Shown here piece after piece: positions 15,501-22,390 of a stretch of DNA of 32,000 nucleotides. Location: the NCBI RefSeq assembly GCF_016806735.1, contig NZ_CP060530.1, forward strand, positions 840,001 to 872,000, in the 5' to 3' direction. The notes under the pieces were generated by a model. It saw only the letters and a list, made by a program, of their open reading frames with translations, was not told the origin of the DNA and ran no database searches. Origin of the DNA: Candidatus Micrarchaeum sp. (GTDB lineage: Archaea > Micrarchaeota > Micrarchaeia > Micrarchaeales > Micrarchaeaceae). The translations under genes and the position numbers were made by a program. Numbering within the stretch: position 1 is the first letter of the stretch; each line of letters opens with the position of its first letter.

Positions 15501-17914
15501 TAACTGCTGGCGCTTATGTATTTTCACCTTACCAACTGGTTCTTGATGACAACCCAATAGCAGGAACAATAACGACAAATGGAAAGACCTTTGCCAATGG
15601 GCAAACGACCAATGTTATAGGAACTGGAACAATAACTGCGAATCCGCCGAAGAATTTTGTCTTTACTAACTGGGGCGTGAGCAACGCAAACCTGACGGTG
15701 CAGAATGCATATGCGCAGACGACGAACCTGACAGTAGTCGGAAACGGAATATTGACTGCAAGTTACAACGGAATAACTACTTTCTCAGAAAGCGGGCTCC
15801 CTTCCGGAGCCCCGTGGAGCGTTGTTTATGACGGAATAACAAACAGCAGTGCATTGAGTTCTATATCTTTTGACACTGCGCCAGGCAGTTACACTTTCGC
15901 AATAGCAAACGTGACGTACAACGGCAAAACATATATCGCAAAACCCAGTTCCGGCAGTGTTGTTGCGGGAAACGTTACAAGCGTAGCATTCAGCGAGGAA
16001 GGAGTATTGTCTTTGGTATTATCGTCAAATAAAACAGCATACGACATATCAGACATAGTCACAGCAAGAGCGCCGCTGCCATCGCAAAGCATTGAGATAT
16101 TGATAGGCCAGGGCACGGCAAAAGGTGTTCTTGTTTCATCAGGCACTGGAAGCGCATCGTGCAACCTTTACAGCACATGCAATGCAAATGTACCGTTGGC
16201 TGCAGGACTCTACAACGTTAGCGCATACCTTCCGTCCACAGGGAACGTAATCAGCGAAGAGGTAAACATAACGAAGGCTTCGCCTTCATTAACTCTTTCA
16301 GTGCCTAATAGTTATGTTTATGATGGAAGCGGAGGAACCATAGATTTTGGGATAAGTTCATACAACAATCAATTGCAAGGCACGCTTTACGTTAACAATG
16401 CAAGCGTAGCTTCCACATTTTCCAGCAATACTTACACAACATCTGCAAGCGTAGGAAACTACAGCATTGCGTTCAAAACAAGCGGCAATGTGAATTATAC
16501 GAGTGCATCTAAAACTGGCAATTTTTCCATCGCCCCAAAACTGTATACAGTGAACAGTACCGAGGCATTGAATTCGAGCACCACTGACACATTAACAGCT
16601 TATGCCCATGCAAATTATCTAACCTACATATGCGATGGCGGGGCTGGGACTGCAGCGGTTACGTACACAACCGGAACTGTAAGCCAATATTCCGGAGGTG
16701 ATGACTCTTATATAGGCGAGCAGACAACCGATGCGTGCACCGAGACCACAACAGGGCCGGATCTTGCTGAGGCTGCAGCAGGAGTCTATGCAAAACCTTC
16801 TTATTCCCTTTATAAAGGCTCATACACTTATGGAGGCACGCTTGATTACAAAGTAAATGAAACTGGATCGCTCGTAGTTGTTGCAATAAGCTCAGGCGGA
16901 GGAGAAATATCAGGAATTCCTAGCGCTCTCAGCGGCTGCTATAGCAAAGGCATAGAATCCGGCAGCGATGGCCTTGAATCAGCCTACATTGCGATATGCC
17001 AGGACCAGAAAGCAGGCTCATACTCGATTGCTGAGAGCGTTTCTAGTGGAGAAAATTTTGCAATGGCGGCTTATGTATTTCCGCCATACGCTTTGACAAT
17101 GGATGACAATCCAGTAGCTGGAACCATAACCACTAATGGCAAGACATTTGCAAACGGACAGACAACAAACGTAATAGGTACCGGGACAATAACTGCGAAT
17201 CCGCCGAAGAATTTTGTATTCACGAACTGGAGCGTGAGCAACGCAAACCTGACGGTGCAGAATGCATATGCGCAGACTACGAATCTCACTGTTGTGGGAA
17301 ATGGAATATTGACTGCAAGTTATAACGGGATAACCACATTTTATGAATCGGGATTGCCTTCAGGGACTCTGTGGAACTTAACTTATGATGGATTCAAAAA
17401 CGCAAGCACAGGAAATTACATAAGCTTTGACACCGTTCCTGGACCACACAGCTATGCAGTAGGAAACGTGCTCATAAACGGCTATAATTATACACCATCG
17501 GTTTATTCCAGCACTTTGACCGCAGGAAATACAACAATAATAAAATTTACTCCGCCCGTTTGCACTATATCGCTTAACACGAATACGATATCCTTTGGGA
17601 ACCTCGACCCAGGCACGATATATCCTGACAGCGTGCAGATTATTGACACCAATAGCGGAGACGCTACGGCAAACATTCTGCTATCAGGCACAAATTGGAC
17701 AAATCCGACAATAAATTTCGGAGCAACAAATACTTCATGGAGCATAACCTCGTTGAGTTCATTTGGCCCGAATTTGCTTTCAAGAAGCCCAAGAAACACA
17801 GCAATAAGCATAGGGCCAAGCTCGTCGAACAGCATATACTTCGGCTTGAATGTTCCAGGGGCAATACCTGCAGGAACGTACACACAGACAATAGTCATAG
17901 AAAACAGCTGCTGA
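12554..17914 (+). CDS. Giant secreted repeat glycoprotein / putative adhesin (1,786 aa, cassette A)
   Basis: Signal peptide 'ITICIFIMALSISSAQA'. PGF-pre-PGF-like segment (about 13157-13399: 'YYYIHVNSS...FAVNKSWINSQNISPGQVALYKYVGGKWMEMPTLLIGNNSTAYFYDGESDSLSDYVISYS'). Three super-repeats of about 517 aa follow. Each has a Cys-containing module ('YLCD[AG]G...PSGC...ESAYI..C') and an InlB-B-repeat-like module ('ANPPKNFVFTNWSVSNANLTV...LTVVGNGILTASY'). Each also has an 'ESGLPSG..W' beta-sandwich module of the kind seen in Thermoplasmata/Sulfolobales surface proteins; the first two units also carry Ig-like modules (absent from the third). Ends in a 120-aa Cys-bracketed module. No TM anchor. Confidence 0.8.
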   Translation: MEMKGYLITICIFIMALSISSAQALGTANYNSIVPSQANNQNQNGIGNTYPNGLAYPENELSSMYSNLFNKSMIKGINSHFLANISKNLVAYGIGQSFQNGSYVYKINAVYPKNGDINSIGNETFSLRIIKPIVGSDGSVILKSNSAYIPSMIKVPIIYNGSNLLLNLSVKLDSSYKNEITDIVLSKTPPPNLESRFSGTPYYYIHVNSSINDTNVIDANYTFAVNKSWINSQNISPGQVALYKYVGGKWMEMPTLLIGNNSTAYFYDGESDSLSDYVISYSTGSATGSANPLSVTLPAGYKLYLCDAGANYTFSTTAANSWTALQNATSPSSPPPAASVGYQTNNVCTAYTPAIKGRRNAYTVGLAVAGIGLNITNYNFYGASANSSTTASLTYPVTVNGSFVAILVASGYYGLTGLPTVPSGCSIQQITTNATSYESAYISTCNNVQKGSYNATASNGDGGATVIGSFVFPPGNVILDDNPTGAGSIFTNNKTYTNGQNSLLLGKGEISAKPANNFVFTNWSVSNANLTVQNAYAQTTNLTVVGNGILTANYNGITTFSESGLPSGATWSVVYDGITNSSALSSISFDTVPGSHTFAIANVTYNGKTYIAKPSSGSVVAGNVTSVAFSEEGVLSLVVSSNRTAYDTSDIVTATAPLPSQSIEILIGQGTAKGVLVSSGTGSASCNLYSTCNANVPLAAGLYNVSAYLPSTGNVISEEVNITKASPSLTLSVPNSYVYDGSGGTIDFGISSYNNQLQGTLYVNNASVASTFSSNTYTTSASVGNYSIAFKTSGNVNYTSASRTGKFSIYPKLYTVNYTSAGAVGTTDTLSVSTSTGYDIYLCDGGTSYGTLTYTTGTIDLSNTYSYIGNQTTNTCTETTTGPDLAEAILGVKALHTYTLYDSSGTATDSFTYNVVKNDSFVAIMLSSGYYGLSSAPTVPSGCIEKVYDTGGDTYESSYIAICQSQIAGQYTVSSSSTLGGYITAGAYVFSPYQLVLDDNPIAGTITTNGKTFANGQTTNVIGTGTITANPPKNFVFTNWGVSNANLTVQNAYAQTTNLTVVGNGILTASYNGITTFSESGLPSGAPWSVVYDGITNSSALSSISFDTAPGSYTFAIANVTYNGKTYIAKPSSGSVVAGNVTSVAFSEEGVLSLVLSSNKTAYDISDIVTARAPLPSQSIEILIGQGTAKGVLVSSGTGSASCNLYSTCNANVPLAAGLYNVSAYLPSTGNVISEEVNITKASPSLTLSVPNSYVYDGSGGTIDFGISSYNNQLQGTLYVNNASVASTFSSNTYTTSASVGNYSIAFKTSGNVNYTSASKTGNFSIAPKLYTVNSTEALNSSTTDTLTAYAHANYLTYICDGGAGTAAVTYTTGTVSQYSGGDDSYIGEQTTDACTETTTGPDLAEAAAGVYAKPSYSLYKGSYTYGGTLDYKVNETGSLVVVAISSGGGEISGIPSALSGCYSKGIESGSDGLESAYIAICQDQKAGSYSIAESVSSGENFAMAAYVFPPYALTMDDNPVAGTITTNGKTFANGQTTNVIGTGTITANPPKNFVFTNWSVSNANLTVQNAYAQTTNLTVVGNGILTASYNGITTFYESGLPSGTLWNLTYDGFKNASTGNYISFDTVPGPHSYAVGNVLINGYNYTPSVYSSTLTAGNTTIIKFTPPVCTISLNTNTISFGNLDPGTIYPDSVQIIDTNSGDATANILLSGTNWTNPTINFGATNTSWSITSLSSFGPNLLSRSPRNTAISIGPSSSNSIYFGLNVPGAIPAGTYTQTIVIENSC
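14102..17365 (+). repeat. In-frame tandem super-repeats, period 1551 then 1557 bp, mosaic identity (giant gene A)
   Basis: The anchor 'ctgacggtgc' occurs at 14141, 15692 and 17249. Block 14576-14958 is base-identical to 16127-16509 (383 bp, compared by eye). Flanks carry scattered substitutions, and the second half of each unit is strongly diverged. Confidence 0.85.
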
Positions 17915-17930
17915 ATATGGAGTGTGCCAA

Positions 17931-18620
17931 ATGCGATTCTTTGAGTTAATTGCTATTGCAACGCTTTTGGCAGTTTTTTCTTTTTCTATTCTTTCAACTA
18001 CGGCACACGCGCAATTGGGAGAAGTTGCTGGTGAGCCTACATTCTATGTAAACATAAGCGGAACCTACAGCTACAATTACACCTTCATAAACCAGGGATC
18101 AACGCCCATACCTTTTAAGACCATAATAACAAATTTCAGGACTGCAGCAAAAAATGCTACTGCACCGATAGTCACAGCTTCCCCGATGTCTGGCACCATA
18201 CCTCCAAACTCTCAGATCAAAGTAAGAGTAAACATATACCTTCCGTCCAAGAATAATACACCAGGGATGGAATGGCAGGGAGTGCTTGAAGTAGTCGTAA
18301 ATTCTACTTCTAGCAGTACTGGTGGCGCAGTAATAGATGAGGGAGTTGCAAAAGTAGTTACCATAGTGGCAACCGCACCAAAGCCCAATTACACCGCTGA
18401 AATTCTAGTAATACTTGCAATAGCGGTTATTGTCATAGTAGTTGCAGCATTCGCATACATGAAAAGGTCCAAGAAGACGGCAAAAGGCAAGTCACAGATT
18501 TCTGGGGCAAAGGCCAGAGCTACAGTAAAGAAGCCTTCATCCGCAGGCAGGAAGAAAGCATCAAAGAGCAGGAAAAAAGGCACACGCAGGAAGAGGAAAA
18601 ACAGCAGTAATAAAAGATAA
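17931..18620 (+). CDS. Exported beta-rich protein with C-terminal TM anchor and poly-basic cytoplasmic tail (cassette A)
   Basis: The ORF track starts at GTG 17922. The ATG at 17931 (MRFFELIAIATLLAVFSFSILSTTAHA) with GGAG at 17914-17917 is more likely. Beta-rich ectodomain of about 130 aa, TM 'AEILVILAIAVIVIVVAAFAYM', then about 50 aa of K/R-rich tail ('KKASKSRKKGTRRKRKNSSNKR'). Confidence 0.6.
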   Translation: MRFFELIAIATLLAVFSFSILSTTAHAQLGEVAGEPTFYVNISGTYSYNYTFINQGSTPIPFKTIITNFRTAAKNATAPIVTASPMSGTIPPNSQIKVRVNIYLPSKNNTPGMEWQGVLEVVVNSTSSSTGGAVIDEGVAKVVTIVATAPKPNYTAEILVILAIAVIVIVVAAFAYMKRSKKTAKGKSQISGAKARATVKKPSSAGRKKASKSRKKGTRRKRKNSSNKR

Positions 18621-18657
18621 TGCTCACGTTTATATCCCTTCCATGAGAAGATAAATT

Positions 18658-20514
18658 ATGGACTATTTATTCAGGTTTGACAAGCCGAGGCCCAATCAGG
18701 AAGCCATGATAGGCGACGTTTATTCCGCGCTTGAACATAGGCGCGACATATTCATAAACGCGCCGACAGGCATAGGCAAGACCGACGCATCTCTTGGAGC
18801 TGCTCTCACGTTCGCGCTGAAGAACGGGCTTGACGTTTTCTTCCTTACGCCGAAGATATCGCAGCACAAGATAGCGATGGAAGCGGTTTCCGGAATAAAA
18901 AAGAAATTCGGGCTTGATTTCAGCTTTGCAGACATAGTTGGAAAGCGCAACATATGCATAAACGACAAGGTAAACGCCATAGAAAGCGACGCTTTTTACG
19001 GCTCGTGCGAAAGCCTGGTCAAGGCAGGAAAATGCACATATTTCTCGCGATCGAAGAATTTTAGCACAGACGATAAAGGGCTTGCAGATGCCATGGAGAA
19101 CGGGCACAATGCGCTTCTAGACTATTCCTATGGGAAAGGAGTATGCGCTTATGAGATAGCAGCCAAGTACGCGAAGAACTGCAGGGTCATAATAGCAGGG
19201 TATTCGCATTTATTGAATCCTTACAACAGCGGCGCTTTCCTGAAGAAGATAGGGCACAGCATAGACAATGCGATTATAATATGGGACGAGGCGCACAACC
19301 TCATAAACATAGCGAATTCATATTTAAGCACTTCGATATCAGAGCTTGGAATAGATGCGGCCGAAAGGGAATTGAAGGCGATAAACAACAGCATAGATCT
19401 TGATTACCTGAAGTTCGCAATGAAGAAGCTCGCCGCAAAGAAGCTTTCAAAAGGGATGAGCGAGGCCTTGGTTGACAAATCGGACATGTCTGAATTCATG
19501 GAAAGCGAGTATGAAAAATTGATAGATGATCTTGAGAAGGCGGGTCTTGAGTACATACAGGCAAAAAACGCCAAGCGCTCTTCCATACTGCATATAGCAA
19601 GGTTCCTAAGGGGATTCCTTGATGCGGATGAATCCGCCGCGAGGATAATAAAGGCGAGGAACGGGCTCGCAAGGCTCAACGTTAGCTGCTTATACCCCGA
19701 TAGGGCACTGCCGATATTGCAGGAGGCCTATGCAAATGTATTCATGAGCGCCACGATGGAGCCCATGAGGATGTATTCTGATATGTTCAAGGTGGCAAAC
19801 TCTGAGATGAGAAGCTATGCGTCCCCATTCCCAAAGCACAATAAGGCCGCATTCATAGATAATGAGTTTACGACAAAATTCTCACAAAGGTCCAACGAGC
19901 AGTATATGAAGATGGCAAAAAGGATAGAGGAGATAAAGGACAGCGTGCCTGGGAGCGTAGCCGTATTCTTCCCGAGCTTTTCCGTGCTCGAGGGCATATC
20001 AAGGCACGTGAATGTTGCGAAAAAATATGTGCAGAGAAGGGAGATGCAAAGCCAGGCTACAGACGCATTGATGAAGCGCTTTACAGAGGACGACGGCTCG
20101 ATGCTAATGGCAGTCATGGGCGGCAGCTTCAGCGAGGGCATAGATTACAAAAACAACTCGATAAAGGGCATAATCATAGTGGGCATACCGCTAACTGCGC
20201 CTGACCTTGAATTGAAGCTGAGGATTGCATATCTCGACAAGCGCTTTGAAGGCAGGGGAATGGATTACGCTTACATAATACCTGCGATAGTGCGCTCGGT
20301 CCAGGCGGCAGGAAGGGCGGTAAGGAGCGAGAGGGACAGGGCTGTGCTCGTCTTTATGGATAAAAGGTATTCGTGGCGCATGTATATGGCTGCCATATCC
20401 AACAGCATAGAGATCTCGGACTCTAAGGATTACATGAAATCAATAAGGTTCTTCTGGGACTTAAATGATGTAGTAGATAAGGTAGTAAAGGCCAAGCCCG
20501 ATAAGAACTCCTAA
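18658..20514 (+). CDS. xpd: XPD/Rad3-type Fe-S DNA helicase
   Basis: Walker A 'NAPTGIGKT' and DEAH box 'WDEAHN'. Four Cys between them (NIC..GSC..GKC..GVC) fit the XPD 4Fe-4S domain. C-terminal helicase motif 'QAAGRAVRSERD'. Confidence 0.9.
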   Translation: MDYLFRFDKPRPNQEAMIGDVYSALEHRRDIFINAPTGIGKTDASLGAALTFALKNGLDVFFLTPKISQHKIAMEAVSGIKKKFGLDFSFADIVGKRNICINDKVNAIESDAFYGSCESLVKAGKCTYFSRSKNFSTDDKGLADAMENGHNALLDYSYGKGVCAYEIAAKYAKNCRVIIAGYSHLLNPYNSGAFLKKIGHSIDNAIIIWDEAHNLINIANSYLSTSISELGIDAAERELKAINNSIDLDYLKFAMKKLAAKKLSKGMSEALVDKSDMSEFMESEYEKLIDDLEKAGLEYIQAKNAKRSSILHIARFLRGFLDADESAARIIKARNGLARLNVSCLYPDRALPILQEAYANVFMSATMEPMRMYSDMFKVANSEMRSYASPFPKHNKAAFIDNEFTTKFSQRSNEQYMKMAKRIEEIKDSVPGSVAVFFPSFSVLEGISRHVNVAKKYVQRREMQSQATDALMKRFTEDDGSMLMAVMGGSFSEGIDYKNNSIKGIIIVGIPLTAPDLELKLRIAYLDKRFEGRGMDYAYIIPAIVRSVQAAGRAVRSERDRAVLVFMDKRYSWRMYMAAISNSIEISDSKDYMKSIRFFWDLNDVVDKVVKAKPDKNS

Positions 20515-21432
20515 GAACAACGGAGGTATTGCAGGGAGGGCCCTCTTGAATTTTCTAAGTATGAACATTGTTATCATAAGCCCCAGTATTGCTCCGAACA
20601 CTATGAAGAAGCTCGGGACAAAGCTCAATGTAAGCTTGTATGCCGCCACAGCGACCATGAGCGGTATGGCAAGATCCCCTGTGCCCAATGCCACGTTGGC
20701 GGATACCGGCACCATACCGTTTGTATTGGATCTCTTCATTATCGAGAGTATCCTTTTGCCTCTTGAGCCAGATTCCTTGAGCTCCTTGTTGTATTCCCTC
20801 AACTCCTTTTTGCTGAAGCTCGATTTCGGAAGCCCTTCCACCTCGTTCATGTCCACCATGAAGGCCAGATTGTTCTCGGTAACCACATTGGCCAGCGTTA
20901 TCATGTGCTTGGTTATGAACACGGCAACGAAGTCGTATATGGCAAGCAGGCCCATGAAGATAAGCGCTACGAAGAAGCTGAAGCCGAACCCCAGCACCAC
21001 GCCCACTCCGATACTTGCCAATATTGCAGCTACGTTCTTGAGATTCGTCCATTTGTTCTTTGCGACTACAAGAGCTATGGCTATGATCACAGCTCCTGCT
21101 GTCGATATATTTGAGCTTTGCGTAATATACGCGAGGATTATGAAGAATACGTAGAATGATGCTATGAATATTATCACGGCCTCTATTATCCTAAACAGCT
21201 TAGCCCCGTGATAGAACTTGAATACTATGATCATGGCGATTGCTATGACGATTATGTAGCCTATAAGCAGGAATGCGCTTGTCGGGCTGTTTGCGACCTG
21301 TGCGCTTGCGACCTCGGAATAGGTTGCACCGTTAAAATACAACGTGGATATCATGAGCCCTCCGAATTGGACAATCATGAACATTGCTAATATCCCAAGC
21401 AGTTGCCTGTTCTCTATAAGCCTTTTTTCCAA
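20461..21432 (-). CDS. Presenilin / signal-peptide-peptidase-like intramembrane aspartyl protease (A22 family)
   Basis: Polytopic protein with 'LLAIYDFVAVFITKHMITLA' (YD motif), 'ALGTGDLAIP' (GxGD motif) and a C-terminal 'LPAIPP' (PAL-like). TTG start preceded by AGGTG with a 5-nt spacer, only 13 nt after the mcm-fragment stop. Confidence 0.8.
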   Translation of the reverse strand: MEKRLIENRQLLGILAMFMIVQFGGLMISTLYFNGATYSEVASAQVANSPTSAFLLIGYIIVIAIAMIIVFKFYHGAKLFRIIEAVIIFIASFYVFFIILAYITQSSNISTAGAVIIAIALVVAKNKWTNLKNVAAILASIGVGVVLGFGFSFFVALIFMGLLAIYDFVAVFITKHMITLANVVTENNLAFMVDMNEVEGLPKSSFSKKELREYNKELKESGSRGKRILSIMKRSNTNGMVPVSANVALGTGDLAIPLMVAVAAYKLTLSFVPSFFIVFGAILGLMITMFILRKFKRALPAIPPLFLGVLIGLGLYYLIYYII

Positions 21433-21445
21433 ATATACACCTTAG

Positions 21446-22390
21446 TCAATCCGCCTCGTGATGGACAAGCTTTATTATCCCCTGCCTTGGCCTGTATATG
21501 TCGCCAGAGCGCTCAAGCTCCGATAGATATTTGCTTGCGGTTGTGGAGTCTATGCCTGCGGCTTCGGCATCCTCTATCACTTTTTGTATCTTTATGTTGC
21601 TGTCCGACTCCTCAAGCTTCTTTATTATGTTAAGTATTGAATTCATGCGGTCTACCTTCTCCCTCGGCATTCCGGTCAATATCGTATCTATGTCTATGCG
21701 GCCTCCCGTATCCAATGCCAATGACTTAAGCATGAACCTGCTAAGCTCTATTGCAGTCTCAGAATCGGATAATTCAACCACGTCAGAAAGCCTTGACTTC
21801 GCGCTCGCCTCGCTCATCCTCACCAATCCCTCTATCTGCCTCGGGGTTATGGGAACGGCGCCCTGCCTTTGGCCAGTCTTTCTCAAGTCGACATAATATT
21901 TCTGTAAATATTCGCTGGCCTCCTGGCTCAGCCTTGGCGATACGTTCTTGCGTGCATATGCAATGTATTTCCTTAACAAATCCGAGTCTATAGGAGGCTC
22001 TTCGACTTGCTCAAACCCTTTTATGTCAGCAAGCCTTGCGCCTGCCGCCTCATGCTGCATAAGTATGTGCTTTGCTATGTTCCTATCCGTGTCCTCGTCC
22101 ATCACGTCGGTTATTGGGAATATGAGGTCGAACCTTGACAATAGCGTAGGAGGTATGTCGAACTGCTCAGCGGGATACTGGTGGGGATCGAACCTTCCGA
22201 ATTTCGGGTTCGCAGCAGCAAGCACAGCAGCCCTTGCACTGAATGTGGCTATTATACCCGCTTTGGCTACGCTTATGGTCTGCGATTCCAAGGCCTCGTG
22301 AAGCGCGGCCCTGTCGTCCTGGCTTATCTTGTCGAATTCGTCTATGCACACTATGCCGCCACTGCCCAGGACCATGGCTCCTGCCTTCAA
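21446..22390 (-). CDS. mcm: MCM replicative helicase, C-terminal half only (5'-truncated; probable pseudogene or gene remnant)
   Basis: Starts inside the AAA+ core: 'LKAGAMVLGSGGIVCIDEFDK' (Walker B), 'ALHEALESQTISVAKAGI', 'AAANPKFGRF' and the arginine finger 'LSRFDLIF', then a winged-helix-like tail. The N-terminal domain and Walker A are absent. The ORF-track start is a TTG. In-frame MCM-like sequence ('AERDDFSEGGWT') continues upstream to about 22430 and then stops. Confidence 0.8.
   Translation of the reverse strand: MKAGAMVLGSGGIVCIDEFDKISQDDRAALHEALESQTISVAKAGIIATFSARAAVLAAANPKFGRFDPHQYPAEQFDIPPTLLSRFDLIFPITDVMDEDTDRNIAKHILMQHEAAGARLADIKGFEQVEEPPIDSDLLRKYIAYARKNVSPRLSQEASEYLQKYYVDLRKTGQRQGAVPITPRQIEGLVRMSEASAKSRLSDVVELSDSETAIELSRFMLKSLALDTGGRIDIDTILTGMPREKVDRMNSILNIIKKLEESDSNIKIQKVIEDAEAAGIDSTTASKYLSELERSGDIYRPRQGIIKLVHHEAD

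Noticed and set aside
17695-17949. 84-aa + strand ORF bridging the end of giant gene A and the start of the next gene
   Set aside because: It is out of frame with, and almost wholly inside, the well-supported giant CDS. It has no independent start signal and a basic low-complexity sequence.
20546-21154. 202-aa + strand ORF, plus a 165-aa minus-strand alternative frame at 20555-21052
   Set aside because: Both overlap the presenilin-like protease gene, whose frame carries the diagnostic YD / GxGD / PAL-like motifs. The alternatives carry none.
22183-22215. 'ggggatcgaaccttccgaatttcgggttcg', which resembles a tRNA T-arm (GGTTCGAA-like)
   Set aside because: It lies inside the mcm reading frame (antisense it encodes '...NPKFGRFDPHQ...'). 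No acceptor stem, anticodon arm or cloverleaf can be built around it.
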